A DNA stretch of 63,857 nt, filler included. It is 5 parts of 5 records of this genome, joined end to end, with 100 filler letters (N's around TTAATTAATTAA, not from the genome) between each part and the next. Parts side by side here need not be neighbours in the genome. Positions count along the whole stretch, not along the records: positions 1 to 18,843 come from SRR20825019_95; 4 more parts are not named here. One strand, given 5' to 3'. Positions 1-11,900 of the stretch are shown here, piece by piece (position 1 is the first letter of the stretch; each line of letters starts with the position of its first letter). The notes below the pieces were generated by a model. That model did no database searches. It was not told the DNA's origin and saw nothing but the letters and a program-made list of their open reading frames with translations. The translations under genes were made by a program, and so were the position numbers.

Positions 1-1617
1 GATACTCTCCAACCGCCGATCCAACGGCGCGATCACGGCCGGCAAACGCGACCATGCCATCGCCCGACGGGCCTCCACTTCCCGACGGATCGCTTCCAAT
101 TGACGCCGGTCCTCATCCAACTGCGGGCTCTTCAAACGCACCAGCACCTCCCCCGCCTCGACCCGCTGTCCCGACATCACCGGCAGTTCAGCGATTTGCC
201 CGGGCGTGCCCGCAAACTCTTCGATCACCCATCCACCCTTCACCACTCCGGGCGCCCGCACCGCGTGCGGCATCGGCACCCCGAGCAACAGTCCCACAAT
301 CAGCACCGGCATTCCGATCCCCCAGAGCCAAACGCGCGGGCGAACATCCCGCAGACGCGCATCCGTCCACAGATAACGATAAAATTTCCCCAGTGGTCCC
401 CCCAACCACACGATCAAACCGAGAATCGCCAAAACAAAACCCACCTCGAAAAGCTGTCCGGCAATAAACGCCACGATCACCAGCAGGACGAACACCCGGT
501 AGATCGCCGCCCCGGCTCCAAACAACCCCAATCCCGCCGCTCCACGCTTGCTGGCCGCCACCGGCGGCACCCCATCCAGCCCCAATCCCCTCAGCTCAAA
601 CCAACGGCGCCACTGCTGGGCCGACTGCCGATGCAGATTCGGGACCCCCACCCAATCCGCCAGCATGTAGTAGCCATCGAAACGCAGCAGCGGATTGATG
701 TTAAACAGGATCGTCGAAACCGAGGCCAAAAACATCACATTGTAAGCCACCTGGCCCAACGCTCCCTCGCCGCCCGTTCGCGCCCAGACCACCGCCGCAA
801 TCGCCGCCAGCCAGACTTCGAAAATCATTCCCCCCGCGCCCACCAACAGCCGCTTCCATCGCTCACGAAAAGCCCACGACGCACTCACATCCACAAACGG
901 CACCGGCGTGAAGACCAGCAACATCACTCCGCAGGAACGCACCTCCCCACCGTAGCGTTTCGTAATAATCCCGTGCCCCAATTCGTGGAAGATCTTCACC
1001 AACGCCCACGTGCCGTAGAGCCAGATCAAATTGGATTGCGACAGCACACCCTGCGTCTGTTCACGCAACAACCCCCAATGATCGATCACCGCCTTGCCCC
1101 CCATCAGAAACGTGGCCACCCAAACCATCAGCCCCAACGGACTGATCATCAGCCGTCCCAACGGCCTCAGGGTATTCAACAACGCGTCGGGATCAAACAA
1201 CGGTATCCTCAAAAACAGGAAATTCATCCACTGCTGGCGGGCCGACCGTTGCCTTTCCTTTTTCCGCCGCGCGACCATCGACCATGTCTCCGGCGGCGAA
1301 TCCACCAGCAGCAAATTCGCCCCGTGCAATTGGGCCATCATATCGATCACCTCCCGCTGTCCCGGAGCCTCATTCGGAGATTCGGCCAAAAACTCCCTCC
1401 AAATCTCCTCCACTGTTCTCCGGCGATCCAAGCGCGTCAAAAACCGCCACGCCTCCGGACGCATCCGGTAGTGACGGTTCGAAAACGGATCCGAGATCAC
1501 CTGCCAAAGCTGCCCGCGAAAAACCTGCCGTCGCACCGGGCAATCGGGACGCAGCGCCGCCCGCAACCCTTCGACGAGATGCCATTGATCGCTCAGCAAT
1601 CCATGTGTATCCGCCAT
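1..1617 (-). CDS. PqqD/RRE-like + site-2 (M50) metallopeptidase, probably continuing into a HlyD-type adaptor; runs off window start
   Basis: Not in ORF track. Manual translation from ATG 1617 gives MADTHGLLSDQWHLVEGLRAALRP..., with VKIFHELGHG (HExxH) and FNINPLLRFDGYY (NPxxxxDG) M50 motifs and hydrophobic segments. Starts 4 bp after the stop of the upstream gene. Confidence 0.85.
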   Translation of the reverse strand, partial: MADTHGLLSDQWHLVEGLRAALRPDCPVRRQVFRGQLWQVISDPFSNRHYRMRPEAWRFLTRLDRRRTVEEIWREFLAESPNEAPGQREVIDMMAQLHGANLLLVDSPPETWSMVARRKKERQRSARQQWMNFLFLRIPLFDPDALLNTLRPLGRLMISPLGLMVWVATFLMGGKAVIDHWGLLREQTQGVLSQSNLIWLYGTWALVKIFHELGHGIITKRYGGEVRSCGVMLLVFTPVPFVDVSASWAFRERWKRLLVGAGGMIFEVWLAAIAAVVWARTGGEGALGQVAYNVMFLASVSTILFNINPLLRFDGYYMLADWVGVPNLHRQSAQQWRRWFELRGLGLDGVPPVAASKRGAAGLGLFGAGAAIYRVFVLLVIVAFIAGQLFEVGFVLAILGLIVWLGGPLGKFYRYLWTDARLRDVRPRVWLWGIGMPVLIVGLLLGVPMPHAVRAPGVVKGGWVIEEFAGTPGQIAELPVMSGQRVEAGEVLVRLKSPQLDEDRRQLEAIRREVEARRAMAWSRLPAVIAPLDRRLESI

Positions 1618-1621
1618 CCGA

Positions 1622-3469
1622 TTACCACCACAGTTTAAGTTTCAACCAGTCCCTCAACCGTCGGGTAAAAATATCGAACAGACTGCGCTTCTCGGTCGGA
1701 ATCTTTCCGATGCCCGTCATCCCCGGACGCCACCACGCTTCCTGCGCTCCCCGGGGATTGGCCCGCACTAGGAAAAACGCGCCGCCTTCCTTTGCGATCG
1801 CCTCCGGCTCCATCCGCATCACTTCCGCCGGCACGATTTCTCCCGGACGACCACTGAACGCGATCTCCACCTTTCCGGCCGCCTGAATCAAGGGCGCATC
1901 CGCCTCCGGCACCGACAACTCAAAATACAACCCGTCGAGACGCGCAAACCGCAGCAACGAATCCCCCTGGCGAACCGGAGCCCCGAGACGTTCGTTCAAA
2001 TTCCCGTCATCCAGCACCGTGCCGGCAAACGGCGCGCGCACCACCGATTGCCCGATCTGCCGCTGCAAACGGGCCAGCCTCGCCGCCACCTGATCCCGCT
2101 GCGCCGCCGCCACTCGCATCTTGGCCAGATCATGCGCCGCCTCCGCCTGCTCGCGCTCGCGATTGTAACGGCTCAGATCCGCCAGCATCTCTCCCTCCTC
2201 CAACCGCAGCCCCGTGTCCTCCAGCGCAAACAATTCCTCCGATTTCTCCACCACATCCCCCGGACTGACCTGCACGGCATGAATGTAGCCGTCGAACGGC
2301 GCGCTGAAGACCATCTGTTGCCGCGGCCGCAATTGGAACTCCGCCTCCACCCGGTAGGGCACATGGATCAACAACGAAGCCAACAACAACAACGCCACAC
2401 TCACCGCCGCCACCTTTGGCCACGGATGGGTAAGATTCGCATGCCGTTGCAAAGCCCGCTCCGCCCCGCGTTTAAGCCGGCGAAACCAGTTTCCACTTCG
2501 CTGCTCCCGCTCTTCCATCAACGGTCCCAGCACATCCAACACGAGGGCGAACCGCTCGGCCTCATCCTGCGTAAAAATCCGATCGGCGCGGTGCCACGTC
2601 ACCGCGCCCACCACGCGGCCATCACTGCGCAACGGGATCGTGCACAGTCCTTCCCATCCCTGCAATCTGGCCAAAGCCGCATGCTGGACCAAAACTTCAC
2701 TCACCGGTGCCACCATGTCGTCGGCATGCTCATCCACATCGTCGGGAATCACAAAATCCGGCCATAATAACGTGGTATCCTGTTCCACGGCTTCCTCCAT
2801 CGCTGCTTCGATCTCACCGACTGCCGACATTCTGGCCTCGATCTGATTGTGCTGGCTGATCGCGCAGACCCGCACATACGGCTCCCGCCACCAACCGACC
2901 GCCACCCGATCCGCACCGTGGCGGGCCGCGAGTTGATTGCACAGCTCCAACGCCGCTCCTTCGAAAGTCGCGTGGCCACGTAACAAACCTCCCAATTCGA
3001 TCGCCGTGGCCAGCTCATCCGCCCGCCCTCGCAATGTCTCCAACTCACGGAAGCGACGGCGACGCCCCACCGCAGTCGCCCACAACAACGCCCGGTCGCG
3101 CCAGGCCATCTCGGTGGTTTCTTCCCACAATTCAGGGGGCAACGCCCCACCGACAATGAGAAACTCCGCCGCCTTTTCATCCCAGGGCAGACGAATCGCA
3201 AACCAACGCACCCCTCGTTCCCCTTCCTTCATCACCAGAGGACATTCCGGCGAAAGTCCCGCCTGCCAATCTGTCGGCGGTGTTTCCGAAGCTCCCCACC
3301 GTATAAGCGTTTTGGCCTCTTCTCCGCCGGTCTGCGGATGCAGGATCATCGCCGATCTGGCCCCTAGCACCGTCCCGGCCTCGCGCAACCAGACCCGCCA
3401 GAATTCCCGATCACTTGGGAGCGCTTCCGCCGTCAACCATTCAGATGGGGTGCGTGCAATCAGGGCCAT
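1622..3469 (-). CDS. GAF-domain + HlyD/MFP periplasmic adaptor fusion
   Basis: GAF-like LCTIPLRSDGRVVGAVTWHR, one TM, biotinyl-lipoyl halves SAPFDGYI / RAPFAGTV, coiled coil, WWRPGMTG, C-terminal KLWW. Confidence 0.85.
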   Translation of the reverse strand: MALIARTPSEWLTAEALPSDREFWRVWLREAGTVLGARSAMILHPQTGGEEAKTLIRWGASETPPTDWQAGLSPECPLVMKEGERGVRWFAIRLPWDEKAAEFLIVGGALPPELWEETTEMAWRDRALLWATAVGRRRRFRELETLRGRADELATAIELGGLLRGHATFEGAALELCNQLAARHGADRVAVGWWREPYVRVCAISQHNQIEARMSAVGEIEAAMEEAVEQDTTLLWPDFVIPDDVDEHADDMVAPVSEVLVQHAALARLQGWEGLCTIPLRSDGRVVGAVTWHRADRIFTQDEAERFALVLDVLGPLMEEREQRSGNWFRRLKRGAERALQRHANLTHPWPKVAAVSVALLLLASLLIHVPYRVEAEFQLRPRQQMVFSAPFDGYIHAVQVSPGDVVEKSEELFALEDTGLRLEEGEMLADLSRYNREREQAEAAHDLAKMRVAAAQRDQVAARLARLQRQIGQSVVRAPFAGTVLDDGNLNERLGAPVRQGDSLLRFARLDGLYFELSVPEADAPLIQAAGKVEIAFSGRPGEIVPAEVMRMEPEAIAKEGGAFFLVRANPRGAQEAWWRPGMTGIGKIPTEKRSLFDIFTRRLRDWLKLKLWW

Positions 3470-4191
3470 TGCTTGGGTTCTTCGGCCGACAGGCTGATCC
3501 AGCCCCGCAATCCCGGTTTGAGTTTGCCCGATTGATTGTCGATCCGGGCCCGTCCACGCATCAGACCACTGGAAGGATCAACCTGCGGATCGATAAATAC
3601 AATCCGACACTTCACCGTTTCATCCACCAAAGGCACCCTTACCCAAACCACACTGCCCGGGGCCAACGACAACCCCTGCTCCGGGGCCACGTAAAACCGC
3701 GCGTCGAGTTCCGCCACATCCAGCACCGCCAAGAGCGGCGTGCCCCGTTCCACATATTCGCCATCCACATGATGCCGCTCCGTCACCACTCCGGATTGGA
3801 CCGCCTTGATCACCCGTCGGTCGCGTCGCTCCCGGGCCTGGGCCAGATCCACCTCCGCCGCCTTTAATTCCGTCTCCTTGGTGATCTTCTCGGTCTCACT
3901 CGTCATATCATCGCTGAACAGCTGCTCCGCTCCACGATAATCAAATTGCCGTTTACGCAGCACTTCCTGCGCGCGGAGCACGGCCAGATCCTCCTCGGCA
4001 TGGTTAAACTCGATCAACACCTGCCCCACCGCGATGGCGGCTCCTTCATCGACCGCCACCCGTTTTAAAATCCCATCGACCGGCGCGCTCACCACCATCG
4101 AACGCACCGGCTCCAGCACCACCTCGACCGGTCGAGCCGTTCCTCCCGCGGCCAATCCAACGGATAGAATTAAAAACGCGAAAAACTTCAT
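3460..4191 (-). CDS. Efflux RND-type periplasmic adaptor (MFP)
   Basis: Signal peptide, SAPVDGIL, IDPQVDPSSG, LKPGLRG. Confidence 0.85.
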   Translation of the reverse strand: MKFFAFLILSVGLAAGGTARPVEVVLEPVRSMVVSAPVDGILKRVAVDEGAAIAVGQVLIEFNHAEEDLAVLRAQEVLRKRQFDYRGAEQLFSDDMTSETEKITKETELKAAEVDLAQARERRDRRVIKAVQSGVVTERHHVDGEYVERGTPLLAVLDVAELDARFYVAPEQGLSLAPGSVVWVRVPLVDETVKCRIVFIDPQVDPSSGLMRGRARIDNQSGKLKPGLRGWISLSAEEPKQWP

Positions 4192-5756
4192 CTCATCATC
4201 GCATCAAACGGAGCCATCAAACCGCTCCGGCGCGTTTCCCGCTCCGAACTGGCCATTGCGATTCCGTATTTTTCCAACAATTGACCACTCACCGCCCAGA
4301 GCTCCGTCACTGCCTTGGTGAGATCCACCCGGGCCGCCAACTCACGCGTGCGGGCGTCGGCCAATCGACGCTGGAGATCGGAAACCGCGAAACCGGAAGT
4401 CTGCCCTTGTCGTAATCGGGCCTCCTCCTGCTTCAAACCCTCTTCCGCAAAGCCCACCGATGTGCGCGCCGTGGAGAGACGCTGACCCAGCACGCCGAGA
4501 CGACGCACCGCATTGCGCACATCAAACGAAATCCGATGCTTCACCTCATCCGCCCGCATCGATGCCTGGCGCACCCGCAACCGGGCTGCCGTCGATTTGG
4601 CCTTGGCCGCCCGCCTACTCAACGGCAGCGAAATACTCAACCCCGCACCCCATTGCGGTTCATCCCCCTTGAACGCCGTGTCCAACGCGTCGCCGTAGGC
4701 ACCGCTCAAACCGTAAACGCCGTAGCTGAACTGCAGATCCAATTGCGGCAAACGCTCATTGTGCGCCGCCGTCTGGCGCACCTTTTCCTGGTCCACCTGC
4801 GCAAGCGCCATCTGATAATCCGGACGCGATTGCAGCGCCTTCTCGTAATAGCTTTCCTGGTCCACCTCGGGAGCCTCCGCCAGCAAATCCGCCCGCACCG
4901 CAGGCAACGATTGCGAATCGGGATCCAGCGCCAGCAGCCTCATCAGCTCCAACTGCCGCTCCCGATGAAAATCCTGCGCGTGCAGCCACTCCTCCGTCGC
5001 TTCCGACAAACGCACCTTCGCCTCCGTCACGTCCACCGGATTCAGCAACCCCAATTCATGACGACGGGCGGCCTCTTTCAAAAACTGCCCGGCCACCGAT
5101 TTGGCCCCCTCCTTCACCGCCACGTTCGACTCGGCGTAGGCCAGATCATAAAACGCGTTAAGCACTTCCACGCACTTGTTGTTCACCATCACCTCGCTCT
5201 CATGCTCATTGATAAGCAGCTGCTTTTGCGCCACCCGCAAAGAAGCAAGGTTGACCGATTTGCCAAACCCCTTGAGCAGAGGCTGCCGCAAAGTGATGCC
5301 GCCAAACGCCGTGTATTCGGGCGAGAACAGCGCGTTGGGCAGGCCCGCGCGATTCACCGTATTGTCCATTTCCCGCAATTGCACGGAGAGCTCATACGAC
5401 GTGCCCCATGGCAAACGTCCCCCCACTCCGCCTTTCATCGTCGTGTTCTCCTCGGCGAAAATCCGCTGCTGCAATGCCGCGAAATCGATCGAGTTTTGAG
5501 ACTTGGTATTATCCTCGTAGCTTCCCTCGGCAAAGAGGATCGGCAGAAATGCCCCCTCTTCGACCGCCACCCCCGCCTCGGCGATTTCCGGCGTGAGTTT
5601 CTCGGCTTGAAGCGAAAAATTCGCGGCCAGCGCCTGTTCCAGGGCGCCTCGGGCCGTATAAGTCTCCGCGTGAACGGACAAGGTCAACGCTCCGCACAGA
5701 GTGAATCCAGTCAGCCAACGGCAAACCGGAGTGTGAAAGAAGATAGGGTTTCGCAT
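4188..5756 (-). CDS. TolC-family outer membrane protein
   Basis: Signal peptide, two OEP repeats, LRQPLLKGFG, LPQLDLQFSYG, WGAGLSISLPL. Confidence 0.9.
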   Translation of the reverse strand: MRNPIFFHTPVCRWLTGFTLCGALTLSVHAETYTARGALEQALAANFSLQAEKLTPEIAEAGVAVEEGAFLPILFAEGSYEDNTKSQNSIDFAALQQRIFAEENTTMKGGVGGRLPWGTSYELSVQLREMDNTVNRAGLPNALFSPEYTAFGGITLRQPLLKGFGKSVNLASLRVAQKQLLINEHESEVMVNNKCVEVLNAFYDLAYAESNVAVKEGAKSVAGQFLKEAARRHELGLLNPVDVTEAKVRLSEATEEWLHAQDFHRERQLELMRLLALDPDSQSLPAVRADLLAEAPEVDQESYYEKALQSRPDYQMALAQVDQEKVRQTAAHNERLPQLDLQFSYGVYGLSGAYGDALDTAFKGDEPQWGAGLSISLPLSRRAAKAKSTAARLRVRQASMRADEVKHRISFDVRNAVRRLGVLGQRLSTARTSVGFAEEGLKQEEARLRQGQTSGFAVSDLQRRLADARTRELAARVDLTKAVTELWAVSGQLLEKYGIAMASSERETRRSGLMAPFDAMMR

Positions 5757-5910
5757 GCTATTGAGGAGGTGTCGCCGAAATTAGCACGCCCCGCATCATC
5801 CCCCTATCCCTCTTTGGAGGGGGAAACAGCTCACCCGTCCTTCACCACCCCGGTGAAAGCTGAAAGGCAAATAAACTGGACTCCCGCGAATATCTCCGAC
5901 CGACCGGCGA

Positions 5911-8900
5911 TCAGAGCAAAGTGATCCCCCTGGGCTGCATCAGCGATTCCAGCGAACTTTCGGACACCAGTTCGGAATCATTGGCAGCCGATGATCTCGC
6001 CACGCTTTTCTCCTTTGAAGTAACGGTTTCTGGTTTCTCGGTCACAGGCGTCAGACGCACCACCCGGACCACCGATCCGTCATCCTCGTCCACCAACAGG
6101 CTTTCAAAGGTCAGGCGGAAGCTGACGGTGACCTGTTCGGCGGCAGTCCGGCGCATCCCCATGAGCTCCACTGCTGAGAGACGATTCAATCCCACCGTAA
6201 ATTCTCCCACCACACCCTGATGATCCAGGCTGAATGACAATCCATCGGTGTAAACATCCCCATCCGCCGGAAGCGTGACGCGAATCGTCTGCGTCGTTTC
6301 ACCCGGGGCAAAGACCACGGAGCCTTGGCTGAGACCCGCATCATAACCAAAGACCAGCGCTTGAGTGGAAGGAATCGAAAGATGCAACGTGATCACCGCG
6401 CGGCCTTCACTATCGACTCCCACGTGCTGCCCGATTTCCAGTTCCGGATAAACCGCCACGGCAAAGCGTGTATTCGTCGCCCCGTTGGCATCGCGAGCAA
6501 TCAGATCGAACACTGCCAACCCCGCCAAACCGCGGTCGCCGGTGAGGATCAAGACGCCGTTCTCGATGACTGCGGTCACGACTTGGTTCTCACCCACCGG
6601 CACCAGTTCGTAGGTGGCGTCGCCATTCGGATCGGAGAAAACACCACGCAGATCGATACCCACCATCTCATCCTCGCCCAGGATTTGCGCGGGCACGGGA
6701 CGGATAAGTTGCACGGTGTTGTTGATGCCGTTGAAGGTCACACGGAAGCGCGTCTCTCGGACATGCTCGCCGTCCGACACCCGCAGCGTCAGCTCCGTCG
6801 AGCCCGTGCCCACCGCAAAGGTCGGCACGATCATGACCCACTGCGCACCATCGAGCACAAACTCAACTGCGTCGGTGTTGACCAATCCCGGCGTGTCGGC
6901 CACCAGGCTGATGTCGAGACTGTCGAGTCGTGAATCCGTATCGTAAATCGGCAGGGCAATCGTCAGCCGGTCGCCTCCGGCCACCACCTGATCGCCAATG
7001 TCTTCGAGTTCCGGAGCCGTCGTCGGCAGAAGAGCGTTTTCATCCACGTCGGACAGGAAGTTTTCCAGAGTAAAGGCCGCGGCCACCGCGTCGGCATCCA
7101 CTTCCCCGCGACCCACCGCTCTGAGCAGATCGGCCACATCGGTGAACAGCTCGGCCTTAACCTGCGCCAGTTCGCGGTCGACCGCGCCGCCGTCTTCAGC
7201 CGTGGCCACGATGACGTGATTAATGATGCCGAGCACCGCCGCGGCGGCATCGATTTGCGAAGTCGAGAGGTTTGCTCCGAGTCGGTTCGACGCATTGCCC
7301 AGCACATTACTCAGCGCGGCGGCGTCGCGCAGATCGAGCACTTCATCGCCGAGGTCATTGTCCTGTGTGCTCGCGTAAAGCCAGTCAGCCAGCGCATCGA
7401 GCATCGCGTCCTGTTGGGCCGCACCGTCGAGATCACCAAAGAGCCCCGCACCACCGGTCACCAACGAGGTAAGCTGTGCCATGGCCGAAAGGACGGAGTT
7501 TTCCGTCAGGGAGTCCATACCGCCCACCGTGGCACCGGGTTGCATGAGGTCGACATTGACCTGATCGGCCAGGGCAAAAGCCTGATTCACGAGTTGATCA
7601 GCATCTTCGGCCGACATGCCGCGATCCACCAGCGCGACTTGCAGCGTGCTGAGGGGATTCATGTTGAAGGCAATGCCCTGACCGTAATTAGCGGCCAGCG
7701 CCATGGTGGCAAACGGAGCCTCCAGACCGTTGTCCGTATCCGTGCCGCCGAGTGCGACGAGCACACCTTCGCTGTGATCGATCACGCCATTGCCGTTGGT
7801 GTCAAACGGTGCCAAACGCCCAAGTGGATTGGTCCGTGTCGGGGCAGGGCCTTCCACGAAGGTGTAGATATTTCGGTCATCCGGACGCGCCATCGGTTCG
7901 CCCTCATCATAGCGACCATTCCCATTGGCGTCGGCGAAAACATATTCCGCGTTGGTTACTGGCAGCGCGCCGGTGGCGAGTGAGGGAATGCGGGTCAATG
8001 GCACCAAGCTCGTTTCATCGACGAAGACCAGGGCGTCGGCACGGGCACCGGAGAGAATACCGTCTCCATTGCGATCGAAGATAGCGAGCGGCGTGCCGAC
8101 CACGCTGATATCACCGTGCAGGACGCGGGTATTGTGGAAATCTTCCGTGAAATCGGGTGTGAGATGGGCGGAGAGTTCACCGGAATCCAAACGCCCATTA
8201 CCATTGGCGTCGTCATAAATGCGGAACCCGTTGACCAGTTCGTCGAGCGAGGTGCCGTTGACCGCATAGAGCGCGATCTCGTCGGATGTGAGCTCCCCAT
8301 CACCGTTGGTGTCGAACTGGGCGAGACGGCCAAGCACGTCGACTTCGGGAACTTCGATCGGATTGAAATCAAAGTTGCCCGCCTCATCCGTAGTGGTGAA
8401 CGGCTCCGACGCCTGACGCAGGCCGTCCCCATTGAGATCGAAGAAGATCGTCGCTCCCGCCCATTCGGTCGTGCCGTAGTCGAGATGCTCATCCACCGCT
8501 ACCGGGCTGGTGCCCGCCGCGCCCGAGAAGACGTGCCTGCCGCCGACGACGTGCATGATGCCTTCGCTCTCGTCGAGGTAACCGTCTCCATCCGCATCGT
8601 AGACCGACAGGACACCGAGTGAGACTACGTCTCCGGTCACACTACCCGGTTGGTTGGGATCAACTGCAACCGGCTCGATTACAGCCTCATCCTCGTTGAA
8701 AGTAAAATACCCGTCGCCATCCGCCGTCGTGAAAGGTTCGCCCGCATCAAGCTGGCCGTTGCGATTAACATCAAGGAACACCAGCGAACCGCCCACATTG
8801 GACTTCGAAATCGTAACGCCGTTGGCGAAGCTGACCTTCAGGCTGTAGGTGATGCCCAGCAATTTCACTGACACGCTGGCCGTCTTCTTGCCCAAATCAA

Positions 8901-11900
8901 TGCTGCCGCTGAATTGCGTCGAGACCTGCTTCCAGTCCCGACCAAAGAGATAGTAAACATAGGTGCCGATCCACGCCGAACCGGATGCCTTGATGCTCAC
9001 GTTACCGTTGTTGATGCTGTATTTCAGTTTTCCTGAAGCGCCGTATTCAATAAGCCAACCACCACTGGTGCTGAAGCTCAGATCCCCACTCATGCTGTAG
9101 GAACCTTTCCCGAAGCTGGCGGACACATTGCCGCTCAGCCCCCACAGGCTGGCGCTGCCGGACAGGCTCGCGCTCACCTCACCAGACCGAGAACTCATGT
9201 TAAGTGTGCCCCAGAAGGAGAATCCCTGCCAGCCCAGGTTGAAGCTGGTCCGCAGATTGAACCCACTGCTATCAAAGGAAATGGTGGTATCCTTGATCCC
9301 CGCCACTCGGCTGCCCAGCAGGTAAACATTGCCGTTGAGCCAGCCGCGCACGCCCGAATCGGACGACACCTGCAACCGCATCGAACCTTCGATCGCCGCC
9401 AGTGAACGCGATCCGGTATTGAGGGACAGGGTGCCGTCGAAGGAGAAGCTGCCATTTGTATCGATGTGGCCACTGACGGTCGTGCGGAAGACGCCGCTGA
9501 CATCCGCGGTGACGTTTTTCACCTCGAGCCGCATCCCCGTGCTGCTCACCCGGAGCGAGCCTCCGCCCTCCAGAATGATGGCCCCACCGAGCAGGGAGAA
9601 CCGGGCGCGATAAACATTAATCACAAACGTGGACGAACTGATGTAAAAATCACCGCTAAACTCCGAGTAATCCCCCGGCACATAAAGCCGGCCCGAAAGG
9701 GAGCCGATGATACTGTCATTGCGGATGGTGACACTGGCGCTTGTGCGCAGCCCGAGGACGGTGTCGCCGACATTCAGATCCATCGTGCCGTGCAAATCGA
9801 TGTAACCGTTCGTGGAGATGCTGCCGTTAAGGGTCAGCGTCTGCGTCAGACCCGGCGCGTTGATCCGGCCAGTCACGTTGTGGAAAGTCGCCGTCAGCAC
9901 GCCTTGGTTGTCACCCCGCAGCGTCACGCCGCCCTGCACGAGGACCAGATTGTTGAGTAGATAGAACGCACTGTGGGCCACGTTCAGCGTGATCCCCGAA
10001 GAGTTGGCCGAGAAGCTGCCACTGGCGTTGCCGTAATCCGGACCGGGCACTTCGATGATACCTGCAAACGTGCCGTAAATACCATCGGCGCTGCTCACCG
10101 TGACCTCGGCCTGGGCGAAGATGCCGAGGCTCGACCGGCTACCAATCGCGATGTCAGTCGTGCCGGTGAAACGGAACTGCCCCGCGGTATTCATCCAGCC
10201 ATTCACCGTGAACTTGATGCCGCCCAGCCAAGGCAGGTTTAACGTCGAGGTCATGTCGATGATCCGGAGCGTGACCCCGCCATCGAAAGTGATGTAGGCG
10301 GTGCCGGTGATCTTCGCGTTCAGCACGGCGATCTCCGCATCCCTGATCCCAATCTCCGCAATCCGCGCCGCGAGGCCGGATTGGGCCTTGCCGGTGGTGT
10401 TGATAGCCAGTTCGAACGTCCCTGCGTCAACCGTGTAGAGCGCATTGCTGATCCTAGGGCTGTTCAACGTGAATTTGGCCACCACCCCTTCGCTGCTGAT
10501 CCGCATCAGTCCACTGCCCGAAAGCGTCACGCCGAGCGCGGTGATCGAGATCGACGCATCGACCGCAAATCCGTTGCCATCGATGAGCATGTCAAACGTG
10601 CCGTTGGCGGACAGGCCGATGTCGGTCGTCAGCGACCCATCCAGATGCACCCGGAAGAATTTACCTACTCCGACCGTGCGGCCCGGCACGGAAACTTCAC
10701 CCACTTTGAAATCAGGCACCACAATCTGCTCCCGCAGCGTGCTCGCTTCCAATTTGAAGTTTCCTGACAGGCGGGCGCCCGCGATGCTCGACGAGCCCTT
10801 CGCGGTCAACTCCATGCCCACCGCGACGCCATGATTGTTGATCGCAAAGAATCCATCAGCCGAAAAGTCGAAGGCTTCCCAATCGCCCAGCCTAATCTTC
10901 AAATCTCCGGTAAAGCTGATCATGCCATAGCCGCTCTCCGTATCCACAGCCAACAAGGAATCGCCGATAAACGTCTGGCCAAGGAAATCGATGCTTGTGT
11001 TGGAAGCGATATGGAAGGTCCCCGCCTTGATATCCTCTCCCGCGATAGTCTGTGTTTTAGAAGTGGTGTTGAATTGCAACACGGCCTGCTGATTCGCATC
11101 CGGAGAAATACTCAAATCACCGATCGTGATGGCATCATTAGAACGGGTGAGCGTGCTCCGCCCCCAGGCCCCTTCGCTGGTAATGCGCCAGTCCATGTCG
11201 TTGCTGGCTCGATAAAGCGTGAACACTCCCGGGATACCCATGAAGAGCTCACCCTTCCCATACATGTGCAGACCGTCACTGGCCAATCGCATCGTGCCGC
11301 CCCCCTCGGATCGGATCGCCCCAATCGACATCACGCGATTGTAGCGGAATTCAATGTAGTTGCCCGCCTCGATCGTGAGTTCGCCCGCCGTCTGTTCGAC
11401 GCCGGTCGTGTTGATCACAAGCGTCTCCACGCTGTGCTGCCCAACCGTGTCGAACGTGATGCCAAGGCTCTGAAGCCCCGACAAGCCGACGCCCGCCGTC
11501 AACTGCGCGATACCGTAAACCCCCTTGGCCGTCACTGAGAAGCCGCCACGCAGATCCCACTGAATAATCTCCAGTTGCGTGCCCGGGATACCCACCTTGA
11601 CCACACTGACAAAGTCCAACTCGACGCCTTTCTGACCGGCATAGATCGAAACCTGCCCTTCCGCTTTCGCGAAGCCGATGTCGAACTTACCCTGTGTATC
11701 GATCCGGGCATAGCGGCCCGCGGCCAGATCGATCCCGGCGATCGTGCGCGCCTCACCTGTCGTGTTGAGCTGCAGGCGGTAAGTGGATCCGGTCGTGACC
11801 GGCAGGACAATGTCACCAAAACTGATCTGCTCAAGTGATCCGGCATTGAGGTCGAATACCGCCGCCACACCCGCCCGGGAAATTTCAAAACCACCGCTCA

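Noticed and set aside
100-1638. 512-aa + strand ORF
   Set aside because: His/Arg/Pro-rich antisense shadow of the real minus-strand M50 gene
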